A stretch of 64,000 bases of DNA from Deltaproteobacteria bacterium (GTDB lineage: Bacteria > Myxococcota_A > Polyangia > Polyangiales > Houyiibacteriaceae): the NCBI GenBank assembly GCA_034670305.1, contig JAXMNT010000001.1:256001-320000 (forward strand). The letters are read 5' to 3'. The notes beneath the pieces were generated by a model. That model did no database searches and had not been told where the DNA came from. It saw only the letters and a program-made list of their open reading frames with translations. Shown here piece by piece: positions 19,550 to 30,416 of the stretch. Position 1 is the first letter of the stretch. Every line of letters begins with the position of its first letter. The position numbers and the translations under genes are program-made.

Positions 19550-19855
19550 ATGAAACGGATTCGAGTACTGGGGGTGCTCGAGACCGGCGCCGTCGAGGTG
19601 AGCGCCGGACATCCCACGATCGATGGGCGCACGTTTGGAGATCTCGCGGCGGGGGACCGGTTGGGCGAACTCGAGATCTTCGCGATCGAGGAGATCCCGT
19701 TCGCGCATCCGTATACCCATGACATCCTCCCCGACTCCTCCACCGGCGCGTACTTCGCACAGGGCGCGGCGGTCGGATCCACCCTCGCGCCTGCGCGCGA
19801 ATCGCACCCCCGGAACTTCATCGATGCGGCGAGACGCACCCGACCTGGAATCTGA
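19550..19855 (+). pseudogene. Probable C-terminal half of a Hint (intein/hedgehog-like) domain
   Basis: VEVSAGHPTIDGR (block B-like), DLAAGD, THDILPDSSTGAYFAQGAAVGST (block F/G-like); no N-terminal C-x-x-x-G-T block. Confidence 0.5.
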
Positions 19856-21095
19856 CGAAGACGAGACGCCGCGGGGCGGTATGGGTCTCGTGGTGGTGAT
19901 CGGTCTGGTGGCCGCCGTCTTCTTGGTCGCGGCCGTCTTCGGCGGGCTGGCGCTGATGGAGCGTTTCGGGGGTGGCGAGGAAGAGGCCGATGTGCGGCCC
20001 GACATCGCCGAACCCATCGTGCCCGATCCGATCGCAGACCCGATCGTGCCTGGAGTCGCTCCGACCACCGGGCCAACCCGCGCGCAGCGGGTCGAGAACA
20101 TGCGCCCCCGTTACCGGCCCGGCCCCTTCGTTCAGGTCGTCGGCCTCTTGCCTGCGGGCATGAGCGACATGCGGCGCATGGCGGCTTCGAACCGAACCGG
20201 CCGGACCATCGACAACCCGTGGATCGTGGCGGGCGCCGAGCTCCGTCCAGGCGGGCCACCTTCGGCGCCGCTCGCCGGTGGACCGAGTCTCCGTCTCGGC
20301 AGCCGCGAGCGCGTCGACCAGCCCATTCGAGTCATCGCCGGCAGCCCCGCGCAGCTGCAGGTCGTCGCCGGTCCCGGTGGCGGAACCGATGGAGAAGTGC
20401 AGGGGCTTCTGCTCGAGTTCATCGACTACCCCGGACACTTCTGGTTGCCGGCGGTCGTCGAGAGCGAGCTCGGACTGATTCGCGTCGCCGGCATGGAGAA
20501 CGCGGACCTGCAGTTCGGCATCGACTCCCCCGTGCATCCGGACGGCACCCCTGCCGATCCCGACAAAGAACTGCACGCCGCGGTGCGGATCGCTGCGGTC
20601 GACCTCCAGGGCCGGGTCTCGCCCTGGGTGCGCCGCGAGCTGCGGGTGCTGCCGCTCGGCACCGGTGACGTGGAGGTCACACTGACGATGACCCAGTCGA
20701 CCGACCTCGACCTCTACGTCGTCAGTCCGACGGGCGCGACGGTCTACTACGGCAACACCAACACCGCCGATGGCGGACACCTCGACCTCGACGCCAACGC
20801 GGGCTGCAACGGCCACATGGGCGTGAACAACGAACACGTGTTCTGGCCCCAAGGCCGTGCACCCGCGGGCACCTACCAAGCGCGGGTCTCCAACTACACG
20901 AGCTGCATCTCCGGCCGCCAGGTCGACTACACGATCACGGTCCGCAACTGCGGCGAGACCGCGGTCTTCTCCGGTTCGTTCGTGGGCAACGGCGACAGCG
21001 CCAACTGCATGCGGGACCCGGGCACGAACCGCGCGTGGTGTCAGCAGGTCGTCTCCTTCGACGTCACGCCCTGCGCTGCAGCGCCGGTTCCCTGA
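19824..21095 (+). CDS. Membrane-anchored protein with YfaP/DUF2135-like C-terminal domain
   Basis: N-terminal TM; DLDLYVVSPTG, GGHLDLDANAGC, NEHVFWPQGRAPAGTY. Confidence 0.7.
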   Translation: MRRDAPDLESDEDETPRGGMGLVVVIGLVAAVFLVAAVFGGLALMERFGGGEEEADVRPDIAEPIVPDPIADPIVPGVAPTTGPTRAQRVENMRPRYRPGPFVQVVGLLPAGMSDMRRMAASNRTGRTIDNPWIVAGAELRPGGPPSAPLAGGPSLRLGSRERVDQPIRVIAGSPAQLQVVAGPGGGTDGEVQGLLLEFIDYPGHFWLPAVVESELGLIRVAGMENADLQFGIDSPVHPDGTPADPDKELHAAVRIAAVDLQGRVSPWVRRELRVLPLGTGDVEVTLTMTQSTDLDLYVVSPTGATVYYGNTNTADGGHLDLDANAGCNGHMGVNNEHVFWPQGRAPAGTYQARVSNYTSCISGRQVDYTITVRNCGETAVFSGSFVGNGDSANCMRDPGTNRAWCQQVVSFDVTPCAAAPVP

Positions 21096-21220
21096 GCCTT
21101 CAGTCGAGTTTGGTGCTGGCGACTGCTGGTCCCACGGTGGAAGCCCACCGCGTGTCCGGTCCGCAGCAGGTGCGCTTCCGCCTCGGCATCTTCCAGTGCG
21201 TCACGCTCCGACGAGGAGAC

Positions 21221-22324
21221 TCACCCGTCGCGATCGACGGTCGCGCAGCTGGTCGCGCTCGGATCCCAGACGAACTGGTCGACGCTGCGGCCGTCGATCC
21301 AAACGCGGTAGACATGACCTGGGACCAGGTCCGGCACCCGGCACGCTTGTTCGTCGCGGATGCAGATGTCCGGGCAGGCGATGTCGCAAGACGTCTGATG
21401 TTGCGTGGCGTCGATTCGGATCTCACCGCCTGGAGGCAGGTCGTCGGTGTACCGCGGATCGAGGATCACGCTGCACGTGCCTTCGATGGACCCGCAGGGG
21501 CGGCAGTGGTCGACCAAGGTCGCGAAGATCTTGTCTTCCGCAGTGCGTCCTACGCACACCTCGTCCACCCCCGCAGGCGTGCGCGCGTCGAGGGCGCTGC
21601 CGATGCCGCACGCGTCTGGCTGCGAGAATCCGATGCACCACGGCGGCGGAGGCGCGAAGCCCGGCCGGGGCACGTCGGTGGTGAACCGGAACGCATCTTC
21701 GCCGTTCACGACGGCGGTCCAGTCTCCGACCGAGAGCGCGGGCACCTCACACCCGACGGTCGGGAACTCGCAGCGATCGCAATCGCAGGGATCGGGGCAC
21801 ATGGTCGTGGTCAGCTCGACCCGCGCGTTGCGCTCGTCGACGCGCACCGCGCACTCGGTGTCCGCGCAGCACGCGCACTGATGGAACTCCACCGGCAGCG
21901 TGAAGGCCTCGCCCGCCGGCATCACTTGGCTGCCCACGCAGCTCGCGTCCGCCCGGACCTCGGGGCACATCAGAGGCGCGCACTCGGTGCGGCTGAACAC
22001 GGAACCTTCGGGACATTCGAACGGGCACAGCGAGGTCGCGGGGACCGTGGCGCCTCCATCGCAACAAAAGCCTGCCTCTGGGAAACACGTCGCATCCCTC
22101 GGCGGCAGACCGGCGTCGGCGCCCCGACACGCGTCGGGCGTCGACTCGTACGTTCCGCGCGGACAGACGCAGCTGGTGGGGTCCGCGAGGAAGTAGTTGA
22201 GGCCATCGCAACACCCGAGATCGCACCCGGCATCGCTGCCGCCGGCGTCGACTTCCATCGAGTGATCCCGGAAGCAACCGGTCGAGAGAACAAGCAATGG
22301 CACGAAGAGGCACAGGGCACGCAT
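21221..22324 (-). CDS. Cys-rich lipoprotein
   Basis: MRALCLFVPLLVLSTGC lipobox; very high Cys content. Confidence 0.75.
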   Translation of the reverse strand: MRALCLFVPLLVLSTGCFRDHSMEVDAGGSDAGCDLGCCDGLNYFLADPTSCVCPRGTYESTPDACRGADAGLPPRDATCFPEAGFCCDGGATVPATSLCPFECPEGSVFSRTECAPLMCPEVRADASCVGSQVMPAGEAFTLPVEFHQCACCADTECAVRVDERNARVELTTTMCPDPCDCDRCEFPTVGCEVPALSVGDWTAVVNGEDAFRFTTDVPRPGFAPPPPWCIGFSQPDACGIGSALDARTPAGVDEVCVGRTAEDKIFATLVDHCRPCGSIEGTCSVILDPRYTDDLPPGGEIRIDATQHQTSCDIACPDICIRDEQACRVPDLVPGHVYRVWIDGRSVDQFVWDPSATSCATVDRDG

Positions 22325-22457
22325 GGTGCGGAACCCCACTGCACGCCCCATGCCGAGGTGAGGCGCCTGCCCGCCATCGCCGTCCGCGTCCGCTCCAAAA
22401 AAAACTCCCTGGAGATCAACGATCCCCAGGGAGCCCCACCCCCGTGTGTGTGCCGAT

Positions 22458-24164
22458 CTACTGGATGCGGCGAATTCGGTTGTTGCCCGAGTCGAGCAGG
22501 AAGAGGGAGCCCGAAGGCCAGTGGAAGGTCACTGAGAACGGGCTCGCCATGCGGGCGGCGGCCCCGGTGCCCTCGACGTACCCGTTGCTGCCTGCGCGAC
22601 CGATCATCGTCGAGACCTGCTGGGTCGCGATGACGCCCTGTCGCAGCGTGTGCTGGTTGAACTCGACCCAGTAGATGCTCGTGCCATCAGAGGTCATGCC
22701 GCGGGGCCGGTGGATGCCCGCCGCCGTGCCGACACCGTCCAAGTAGGTCGCGGTGCCATTGCCGGCGAACGTGGAGACCTCCCCCGTGACCGTGTTGTAC
22801 GCGCGGATGGTCGCGCCGTTCGTGTCCGCGATGTAGAGCATCCCGGAGTTGTCCGTCGCCATGTAGCGCGGGCTGACGAAGCGTGCTGCGGTGCCGACGC
22901 CGTCGGTGGCGCCATTCATGTAGGGTGACCCAGCGACGGTGAGTACGGTGTTCGTGGCAGGGTCGAAGCGCCGGAGCACAGCGGCGTTCGCATCGAGCAC
23001 CCACACGTAGCCGCCGTAGTAGGTCGCGCCGCGGATGTCGTCGAAGCGGGCCGCGGCGCCGACGCCATCGAAGTAGCAAGACGCGTTCATGCAGCGGGCG
23101 CCGCCCGCGACCGTGCCCACCCCGAACGGCGCGGTGGTGCTCACGGCGCGCAGTGTGGAGCCGTTGGCGACCCACACCGTGGCTCCATCGGTGGTCACGG
23201 CCTCGAGCGAAGTGAAACTGGCGTTCGCGCCGTCTCGGTTGTCGACGATCGCCGCGGTGCCGTTGCCGGCGACCGTGAGCACTGTGGCCGTCGCGACCTC
23301 GATGCGGCGCAGCACGCGGTTGGCGCTGTCGCCGAACCACACGTAGGTGTCGTCGGCCGCGAGCGAGCCGAAGCCGCCCACGCGTGCCGCGGTTCCCACG
23401 CCGTCTCTGCCGCCGGCGGTGCCGTCGCCCACCCACGCTTCGGTTTGGTTCTGGAAGTTGCAGGTCGGGTTGCAGGCGTCGCCGTTGCGGAGGTTGCCGT
23501 CGTCGCAGACTTCGAGCGGGTCGCGCATGTCGTCGCCGCAGAAGGCGCCCACGGTTTCGTATTGGCAGGTCGGACTGCAGCCATCGCCCGGCAGCACGCC
23601 GCCGTCGTCACACTGTTCGCCTGCCATCAGATCGAGCATGCCGTCGCCGCACGAGGCCGAGGCTTCGATGCGGCAGGCGCTGCTGCACCCATCGCCGTTG
23701 CGGCGGTTGCTGTCGTCGCATTGTTCGCCGAGGGCGTAGTCGACGACGCCGTCGCCGCACGAAGCCGATACTTCGAGCCGGCAGTTGTGGTCGCAGCCGT
23801 CGCCGTCCGTCGTGTTGCCGTCGTCGCACTCTTCCGGCAGCTCGATCCGTCGGTCGCCGCAGGTCGTGCTGGGTCCGCTGTCCGTGCCGGCGTCCGTGCC
23901 GGGCGCATCGACCCCCGGCGCATCGACCCCGGGTGCATCGACCCCGGGTGCATCCATGCCAGGTGCATCCATGCCAGGTGCATCCGTACCAGGCGCGTCC
24001 ATGCCAGGCGCGTCCAGGCCGGACGCGTCGAATCCCCCGCCATCGAACATGTCGACCGGCGGATCGTCGTTGCAACCGACGACAAGGCCGCAGCCACTCG
24101 TGAACCACATCACCAAGCAACCGAGCACCCACTCGTTGCAGCCCCAACACCGGCTTCTGTTCAT
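22458..24164 (-). CDS. Secreted DUF4215 (Myxococcus Cys-rich repeat) + NHL beta-propeller protein
   Basis: Four CGD...E.CDDGN...GDGC repeats; NHL-like DG.G.AARF..P repeats. Confidence 0.85.
   Translation of the reverse strand: MNRSRCWGCNEWVLGCLVMWFTSGCGLVVGCNDDPPVDMFDGGGFDASGLDAPGMDAPGTDAPGMDAPGMDAPGVDAPGVDAPGVDAPGTDAGTDSGPSTTCGDRRIELPEECDDGNTTDGDGCDHNCRLEVSASCGDGVVDYALGEQCDDSNRRNGDGCSSACRIEASASCGDGMLDLMAGEQCDDGGVLPGDGCSPTCQYETVGAFCGDDMRDPLEVCDDGNLRNGDACNPTCNFQNQTEAWVGDGTAGGRDGVGTAARVGGFGSLAADDTYVWFGDSANRVLRRIEVATATVLTVAGNGTAAIVDNRDGANASFTSLEAVTTDGATVWVANGSTLRAVSTTAPFGVGTVAGGARCMNASCYFDGVGAAARFDDIRGATYYGGYVWVLDANAAVLRRFDPATNTVLTVAGSPYMNGATDGVGTAARFVSPRYMATDNSGMLYIADTNGATIRAYNTVTGEVSTFAGNGTATYLDGVGTAAGIHRPRGMTSDGTSIYWVEFNQHTLRQGVIATQQVSTMIGRAGSNGYVEGTGAAARMASPFSVTFHWPSGSLFLLDSGNNRIRRIQ
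23894..24030 (-). repeat. 15-bp coding tandem repeat (DAPG[M/V/T] x8)
   Basis: Visible in both DNA and translation. Confidence 0.85.
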
Positions 24165-24310
24165 CGTAGACCCCCAAGCAAGACTGCGGGTCGATGCACA
24201 AATCGTGCGGATCAGTTCGCCCTTGGAATTGGACAAGATTCGGACGATCGTCTGAAACCTCGTGCGGCCGACCGCATTTTTTGCGTCCCCACGCGCCCCG
24301 AGCAACACCC

Positions 24311-24352
24311 TTGAATTGCCGCCCGGGCGCTCTTAGTGTACAAAGAACACTA
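24311..24352 (+). promoter_or_regulatory. Sigma-70-type promoter overlapped by an NrtR-type operator
   Basis: TTGAAT-17-TAGTGT; palindrome TAGTGT-ACAAAGA-ACACTA (24334-24352) fits the GT-N7-AC NrtR core. Confidence 0.75.
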
Positions 24353-25806
24353 TGACTCTCGCGCTCCTCACGGACCTCTATCAGCTGACGATGGGCGCCG
24401 GATACCACCGGGCGGGCCTCGCGGATCGTCGTGCTTGTTTTCATCTCTTCTTCCGCCGCAATCCGTTCCAGGGTGGCTACGCGATCGCGGCGGGCCTGGA
24501 CACCGCGCTCGACTACCTCGAGTCGCTGCGGTTCGGAGACGAAGAGCGGGACTACCTGCGATCGTTGCGGGGCCCCGACGGCGGGCAGCTCTTCCCGGAG
24601 GACTTCTTGGACCGCCTCCGCGACGCCACGTGGGACCTCGACGTGGCCGCGGTGCCCGAAGGCACCGTGATGTTCCCACACGAACCGCTGCTGCGGATCG
24701 AAGGCCCGCTTTGGCAGGCGCAGCTCGTCGAAACCGCGCTCCTGAACATCCTCAACTTCCAGACGCTCGTCGCCACCAAGGCGTCGCGGGTCTGCCGCGC
24801 CGCGGTCACCGACGGCGTGCCCGACAAAGTGCTCGAGTTCGGATTGCGCCGCGCGCAGGGCATCGACGGCGCCCTCTCGGCGAGCCGCGCCGCGTTCGTC
24901 GGTGGCTGCACGGCGACCAGCAACGTACTCGCAGGGCAGCGCTTCGGGATCCCGGTCCAGGGCACCCACGCCCACGCCTGGGTGATGTCGTTCGAGACGG
25001 AGCGCGAAGCGTTCGAAGCGTACGCGGACGTCTTCCCATCCGGCTGCGTGTTCCTCGTCGACACCTACGACACGCTCCAAGGCGTGCGCACCGCGATCGA
25101 GGTCGGACTCGACCTGCGCGCGCGTGGCATGGAGATGCAGGGGGTCCGGCTCGACTCGGGCGATCTGGCGGAACTCAGCACCGCGGCGCGCGCGCTGCTC
25201 GACGAAGCCGGCTTTCCCGACGCGGCGATCGTCGCGAGCAACGACCTCGACGAACATCGCATCGCAGAGATCAAAGCGAAGGGCGGGCCGATCACCGTGT
25301 GGGGCGTCGGCACGCGTCTGAGCACCTGCTACGACCAGCCCGCGCTTGGCGGCGTGTACAAACTCGCCGCGGTCCAGGACGAAGACGGCCAGTGGCAGCC
25401 GCGGATCAAGTTGAGCGAGAACCCGATCAAGACTTCCATCCCGAGCCGTCAGCAAGTGCGGCGGTTCACCGACGGCGAGGGGCGCATCGCCGCCGACGCG
25501 ATCTACGACGTCGCCACCGGGTTCTCGGGTTCGACCATTCACGACCCGGAAAGCGAGACCGTGTACGACGTGCCGACCGACTGCACGTTTGAAGACCTTC
25601 TCGAGCCGGTGTTCGCCAAGGGCGCTCGGCTGGGCACCTCGCCGACCGTGCACGAAGCCCGGGAGCGCGCGCTGGCTCAAGTGAAGTCGTTGCCTGCCGC
25701 CGTCGCCAGCAACCGGACTCCGGGCCGGTTCCCCTCCGGTCTCGAAACCGATCTGCACGCGCTGCGTCGTTCGCTCATCGAATCGGCGCGCAAGGAGTCC
25801 CCATGA
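24352..25806 (+). CDS. pncB: Nicotinate phosphoribosyltransferase
   Basis: [50 protein letters not shown]. Confidence 0.96.
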   Translation: MTLALLTDLYQLTMGAGYHRAGLADRRACFHLFFRRNPFQGGYAIAAGLDTALDYLESLRFGDEERDYLRSLRGPDGGQLFPEDFLDRLRDATWDLDVAAVPEGTVMFPHEPLLRIEGPLWQAQLVETALLNILNFQTLVATKASRVCRAAVTDGVPDKVLEFGLRRAQGIDGALSASRAAFVGGCTATSNVLAGQRFGIPVQGTHAHAWVMSFETEREAFEAYADVFPSGCVFLVDTYDTLQGVRTAIEVGLDLRARGMEMQGVRLDSGDLAELSTAARALLDEAGFPDAAIVASNDLDEHRIAEIKAKGGPITVWGVGTRLSTCYDQPALGGVYKLAAVQDEDGQWQPRIKLSENPIKTSIPSRQQVRRFTDGEGRIAADAIYDVATGFSGSTIHDPESETVYDVPTDCTFEDLLEPVFAKGARLGTSPTVHEARERALAQVKSLPAAVASNRTPGRFPSGLETDLHALRRSLIESARKESP

Positions 25807-26756
25807 ACCGCAACCGACCTGTGCTCGTGTTCTGCACCGAACGCTACCGCTACTTGAGCGACGCGCTGTGCGCGGCTCCGGGATTCGAACGAGGCGAGAT
25901 CGAACGCCGCATGTTTCCCGATGGTGAACACTACCGTCGCGTGCTGACCCCCGTCGCTGGACGGGACGTGGTGCTGCTCGGCGGTACCGTGGACGACGAC
26001 GCCACCCTCGAGATCTACGACCTCGGCTGTTGTCTCGTGCAAAGCGGCGCCCACATCTTGACGCTGGTCTTGCCCTGGTTCGGGTATCAGACGATGGAGC
26101 GCGCGGTGTATCCGGGCGAGGTCGTCACGGCCAAGACCCGTGCGCGCCTCCTCTCGTCGATTCCCATCGCTGGATCGGGCAACCGGATCCTACTGGTCGA
26201 CCTTCACTCGGAGGGCATCACCCAGTACTTCGAAGGCAACATCTGCCCGGTCCACGTCTACGCCAAGGACGTGGTGCTCGATTCGATCCGCCGCCTCGGT
26301 GGAGACAACTTCGTACTTGGCGCCACCGACGCGGGCCGGGCGAAGTGGGTCGAGTCGCTGGCGAACGACCTCGGCGTGGACGCGGCGTTCGTGTTCAAAC
26401 GACGCGTGAGTGGCGACCGCACCGAAGTCACCGCGCTGGCCGCCGACGTGTCCGGCAAGACCGTCGTGATCTACGACGACATGATCCGAACCGGTGGGTC
26501 GCTCCGTGGGGCCGCCCGCGCGTTCCTCGATGCGGGCGCGAAAGACATCGCCGCGGTGACCACCCACGGCGTCTTTCCGAACGACGCGCTCGACAAACTC
26601 AAGGCCAGCGGCGTGCTCCGAGAGATCGCTGCGACCGACAGCCACCCGCGCGCGGTGGAGCTCGCCCCCGGGGCCGCGGGTTTTCTCCAGGTGCAGAGCA
26701 TCGCACCGTTGCTCATCTCCCAGCTCGGTCCCGACGCACGCGACGGCGCTGCGTAG
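25803..26756 (+). CDS. prs: Ribose-phosphate pyrophosphokinase
   Basis: [28 protein letters not shown] loop, THGVF; ATGA overlap. Confidence 0.93.
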   Translation: MNRNRPVLVFCTERYRYLSDALCAAPGFERGEIERRMFPDGEHYRRVLTPVAGRDVVLLGGTVDDDATLEIYDLGCCLVQSGAHILTLVLPWFGYQTMERAVYPGEVVTAKTRARLLSSIPIAGSGNRILLVDLHSEGITQYFEGNICPVHVYAKDVVLDSIRRLGGDNFVLGATDAGRAKWVESLANDLGVDAAFVFKRRVSGDRTEVTALAADVSGKTVVIYDDMIRTGGSLRGAARAFLDAGAKDIAAVTTHGVFPNDALDKLKASGVLREIAATDSHPRAVELAPGAAGFLQVQSIAPLLISQLGPDARDGAA

Positions 26757-26804
26757 TACCACCGACCCACTCCTCCTCCGTTCGTCTCCGAGAAAGTACC
26801 CACC

Positions 26805-28799
26805 ATGCATCGCGTGCACGTCGCCGTCGGCATCCTCAACCAAACCCCGTTCGGCTGGGCCGAGAACGAGGCCAACATCCGGGCCGCGATCGCGTCTGCG
26901 CGCGCCCGCGGCGTCACGTTGATGTGTCTGCCGGAGCTCTGCATCACGGGTTACGGCTGCGACGACATGTTCCAGAGCGCGGGCCTGCTCGAGACCGCGT
27001 GGGACCAGCTCGAGCGGCTCGCGACCGACACCGACGGGATGGTCGTCTCCATGGGCTTGCCCGTGGCGCTCCGCGGCGGCGTGTACAACTGCGCGGCGCT
27101 CTGCGTCGACGGAAAGATCGCGGGCCTCGTCGCGAAACGGTTCTTGGCCGGCGACGGGATTCACTACGAACCGCGATGGTTCAAACCCTGGCCGGAAGGG
27201 GTGGTCACCTCGATCACCGTGCGCGGCAAGACCTACCCGATCGGCGACCTCTCGTTCGACGTGGGCGGGCTGCTGGTCGGGTTCGAGATCTGTGAAGACG
27301 CCTGGGTGGCCGCCCGCCCGGGCGCGCAGATGTCGGAGCAAGGCATCGACCTCATCCTCAACCCGAGCGCGAGTCACTTCGCGTTCGGCAAACAGGACGT
27401 GCGCCGCCAGATCGTCGTCGAAGGATCCCGCGCGTTCGGGGTCACGTACCTCTACGCCAACCTGCTGGGCAACGAAGCGGGGCGCGCGGTCTACGACGGC
27501 GGCGGCATCATCGCTTCGGGGGGCACTGCGCTGGCGGAGACCGAGCGGTTCTCGTTCGGACCGGTTCAAGTGGTCGACGCGGTCGCGGACATCGACGCGA
27601 CGCGTTTGGCGCGCAGCCGCACCGCGAGCTTTCGCCCCGACCTGCGCGGCGACGACCAAGTGCAGCTCGACTTCCAGTGGCCCGAGGTCGCGGTGGCCCG
27701 GGCTCCGAAACTCGTGCTCTCCGACTTCTCCAAAGAGGAAGCGTTCGGTCGGGTGATCGCACTCGCGCTCTTCGACTACCTGCGGCGCAGCCGGGCGCGC
27801 GGGTACGTGGTGTCGCTCAGCGGCGGGGCCGACTCGGCCGCCTGCGTCTGCCTCGTTCGAATGATGGTCGACCTCGCCGTCCGCGAGCTCGGTCTGGATG
27901 GATTCGTGGCGCGGCTCGGTCACATCGGGGCGCTGGGCGAGGCGGCCAAGGCGGGTGCGGATCAGGCGGCGCTGACGAAGGTGCTCCTCACCACCGCGTA
28001 TCAGGCCACCCGCAACAGTGGCGACGTGACCCGCACCGCGGCGAAGGAGGTCGCTGCCGCCGTGGGCGCCGATCACTTCGAGCTGGACGTAGACGCGCTC
28101 GTGGTCGGCTACCGCGCGCTCATCGAGAAGGCGCTCGAACGGCCCCTGACCTGGGAGACCGACGACATCACCCTGCAGAACATCCAGGCGCGGGTGCGCG
28201 CGCCGAGCGTGTGGATGCTCGCCAACGTCCGCAATCAGATCTTGATGGCCACCAGCAACCGCTCGGAAGCGGCGGTGGGCTACGCGACGATGGATGGCGA
28301 CACCTGCGGCGGCATCTCGCCCATCGCGGGCATCGACAAGAACTTCCTCCGTCAGTGGCTGCGTTGGCTCGAGAGCGACGGCATCGAAGGCATCGGGCCG
28401 GTGCCGGCGCTCTCGTTCGTGAACAAGCAGCAGCCGACCGCGGAACTCCGCCCCCAGGACGAGGGCCAGACCGACGAAGGCGACTTGATGCCGTACCCGG
28501 TGCTCGATGCGATCGAGGGATTTGCGATCCGCGACAAGAAGATGCCGGTCGAGACCTTCGAGCGCATGCGGGTCGAGTGGCCGGACGTGCCGCCAGAGCA
28601 GATGCGCAGTTGGGTGATCAAGTTCTTCCAGCTCTGGTGCCGCAACCAGTGGAAACGCGAGCGCTATGCGCCGAGTTTTCACGTGGACGACAAGAACCTC
28701 GACCCGAAGACATGGTGCCGGTTCCCGATCCTCAACGGAGGCTACGCGCTCGAACTGGAAGCACTCGCGAACTGGCCCATCGTCGCGCCGAGCGCATGA
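26805..28799 (+). CDS. nadE: Glutamine-dependent NAD+ synthetase
   Basis: Nitrilase domain ([13 protein letters not shown]) plus [29 protein letters not shown]. Confidence 0.96.
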   Translation: MHRVHVAVGILNQTPFGWAENEANIRAAIASARARGVTLMCLPELCITGYGCDDMFQSAGLLETAWDQLERLATDTDGMVVSMGLPVALRGGVYNCAALCVDGKIAGLVAKRFLAGDGIHYEPRWFKPWPEGVVTSITVRGKTYPIGDLSFDVGGLLVGFEICEDAWVAARPGAQMSEQGIDLILNPSASHFAFGKQDVRRQIVVEGSRAFGVTYLYANLLGNEAGRAVYDGGGIIASGGTALAETERFSFGPVQVVDAVADIDATRLARSRTASFRPDLRGDDQVQLDFQWPEVAVARAPKLVLSDFSKEEAFGRVIALALFDYLRRSRARGYVVSLSGGADSAACVCLVRMMVDLAVRELGLDGFVARLGHIGALGEAAKAGADQAALTKVLLTTAYQATRNSGDVTRTAAKEVAAAVGADHFELDVDALVVGYRALIEKALERPLTWETDDITLQNIQARVRAPSVWMLANVRNQILMATSNRSEAAVGYATMDGDTCGGISPIAGIDKNFLRQWLRWLESDGIEGIGPVPALSFVNKQQPTAELRPQDEGQTDEGDLMPYPVLDAIEGFAIRDKKMPVETFERMRVEWPDVPPEQMRSWVIKFFQLWCRNQWKRERYAPSFHVDDKNLDPKTWCRFPILNGGYALELEALANWPIVAPSA

Positions 28800-29482
28800 G
28801 CGTCACCTACAAGTACCCGCGGCCGGCGGTCACGGTCGACTGCGCGGTGTTCGGTGTGGACGAGCGCTTGATGGTCTTGCTCATCGAACGCGACCGCGAG
28901 CCCTTCGCTGGCCGGTGGGCGCTCCCCGGTGGATTCGTACGGGTGCCGGAGTCCCTCGAAGAGGCCGCGCGCCGTGAGCTGCATGAAGAAACCGGCCTGA
29001 CCGACATCTACCTCGAGCAGCTCTACTCGTTCGGCGATCCCGGACGGGATCCGCGTGGGCCGGTGGTGAGCGTGGCGTGGTACGCGCTCGTGAACGTGCA
29101 CGACCACGCGGCGAAGGCGGCCACGGACGCGCGGTCTGCGGCGTGGTTCCCGGCACACGAGATCCCGGAGCTCGCCTTCGACCACGATCGCATTCTCGAT
29201 GTGGCGCTCGAGCGGCTGCGCGCCAAGGTGCGGTACCGGCCAGTGGGGTTCGAGCTGCTTCCCGACAAGTTCACGCTGACCCAGCTGCAGCGGCTCTACG
29301 AAGTGGTGCTCGAGCAACCGCTCGACAAGCGCAACTTCCGCAAGAAGGTGCTCGGCCTGGAGTTGCTCGTCGACACCGGCGAACACGAGACCGGTGTCGC
29401 TCGCCGGCCGGCGCGGCTCTACCGATTCGATCACGACAAATACCTCGCGCTCACCGAGCGCGGATTCGAGTTCTCCATCTAA
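28796..29482 (+). CDS. nrtR: Nudix-related transcriptional regulator
   Basis: WALPGGF...[16 protein letters not shown] Nudix box, RDPR, LAFDH, wHTH FTLTQLQ..YE...DKRNFRKK. Confidence 0.92.
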   Translation: MSVTYKYPRPAVTVDCAVFGVDERLMVLLIERDREPFAGRWALPGGFVRVPESLEEAARRELHEETGLTDIYLEQLYSFGDPGRDPRGPVVSVAWYALVNVHDHAAKAATDARSAAWFPAHEIPELAFDHDRILDVALERLRAKVRYRPVGFELLPDKFTLTQLQRLYEVVLEQPLDKRNFRKKVLGLELLVDTGEHETGVARRPARLYRFDHDKYLALTERGFEFSI

Positions 29483-29515
29483 CTGGTTGCCAGACTGGTT
29501 GCCAGACTGGTTGCC
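29482..29515. repeat. 12-bp tandem repeat ACTGGTTGCCAG (about 2.8 copies)
   Basis: Read directly between nrtR and pncA. Confidence 0.8.
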
Positions 29516-29536
29516 TCGCTCACCAAGGAGCCCGAC

Positions 29537-30151
29537 ATGACCCGCGCGCTGATCCTCGTCGACATCCAGAACGACTTCATGCCGACCGGAGCGCTCCCGG
29601 TCGCAGACGGCGACGCGGTCGTTCCGGTCGCGAACACGGTCGCGGCGAAGTTCGACCTCGTCGCCGCGACCCAGGACTGGCACCCGGCCAACCATGGTTC
29701 CTTCGCAACCCAGCACGAGGGGCACAGCCCAGGGGAACTCATCGAGCTGCACGGGCTCACGCAGGTCCTCTGGCCGGACCACTGCGTGCAGCACACGCCG
29801 GGCGCTGAGTTCGTCGAAGGCCTGGACGAGTCTCAGATCACGAAGGTGTTCCCGAAGGGGACCGACGTGACCATCGACAGCTACTCCGGCTTCTTCGACA
29901 ACGGCAAACGGCAGGACACCGGTCTCGCGAAGTGGCTCGAAGGGCAAGGCGTGACCCAGGTCTACGTGCTCGGCGTCGCCACCGACTACTGCGTGAAGTT
30001 CACGGCGCTCGACGCGGTCGGCTGCGGCTTCGAAACGTTCCTGGTCGAAGACGCCTGCCGCGGCGTGGAGATGAACCCCGGCGACATCGCCGCCGCCCTC
30101 ACCGAGATGAGCGCCGCCGGCGTGACCCGAGTCCAAAGCGCGGACGTGTAG
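29537..30151 (+). CDS. pncA: Nicotinamidase/pyrazinamidase
   Basis: LILVDIQNDF, TQDWHP, WPDHCVQ, KG, DSYSGF, ATDYCV; AAGGAG RBS. Confidence 0.96.
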   Translation: MTRALILVDIQNDFMPTGALPVADGDAVVPVANTVAAKFDLVAATQDWHPANHGSFATQHEGHSPGELIELHGLTQVLWPDHCVQHTPGAEFVEGLDESQITKVFPKGTDVTIDSYSGFFDNGKRQDTGLAKWLEGQGVTQVYVLGVATDYCVKFTALDAVGCGFETFLVEDACRGVEMNPGDIAAALTEMSAAGVTRVQSADV

Positions 30152-30193
30152 CGAATGTCGAAAGTCGCGGGGGGGTGGCGTAGCATTTCCAGA

Positions 30194-30415
30194 ATGCAAG
30201 GCATCTACTCGTCGGTCGCGCTGTGCTCACTCCTGCTCTTCGGGGCGTGTGCACCCACCGCGCGTTCGGCGCAGCCGTTGGTGCCGGGCGCGGCGGAAGA
30301 TTCGGAGGCCATATGGGTCTACATCGACACCGACGACGCCTCGCGCGGTGTCTATCGCTGTCGAGAGACGCGGGGGGAGCCGCCGGTCTGCGTTCGGGCG
30401 CGACTGCGCGAGTGA
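30194..30415 (+). CDS. Small putative lipoprotein
   Basis: LLLFGAC lipobox, two further Cys. Confidence 0.5.
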   Translation: MQGIYSSVALCSLLLFGACAPTARSAQPLVPGAAEDSEAIWVYIDTDDASRGVYRCRETRGEPPVCVRARLRE

Positions 30416-30416
30416 G

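Noticed and set aside
27677-28795. Long N-terminal extension or frameshift fusion of nadE and nrtR
   Set aside because: A simple ATGA overlap at 28796-28799 explains the layout.
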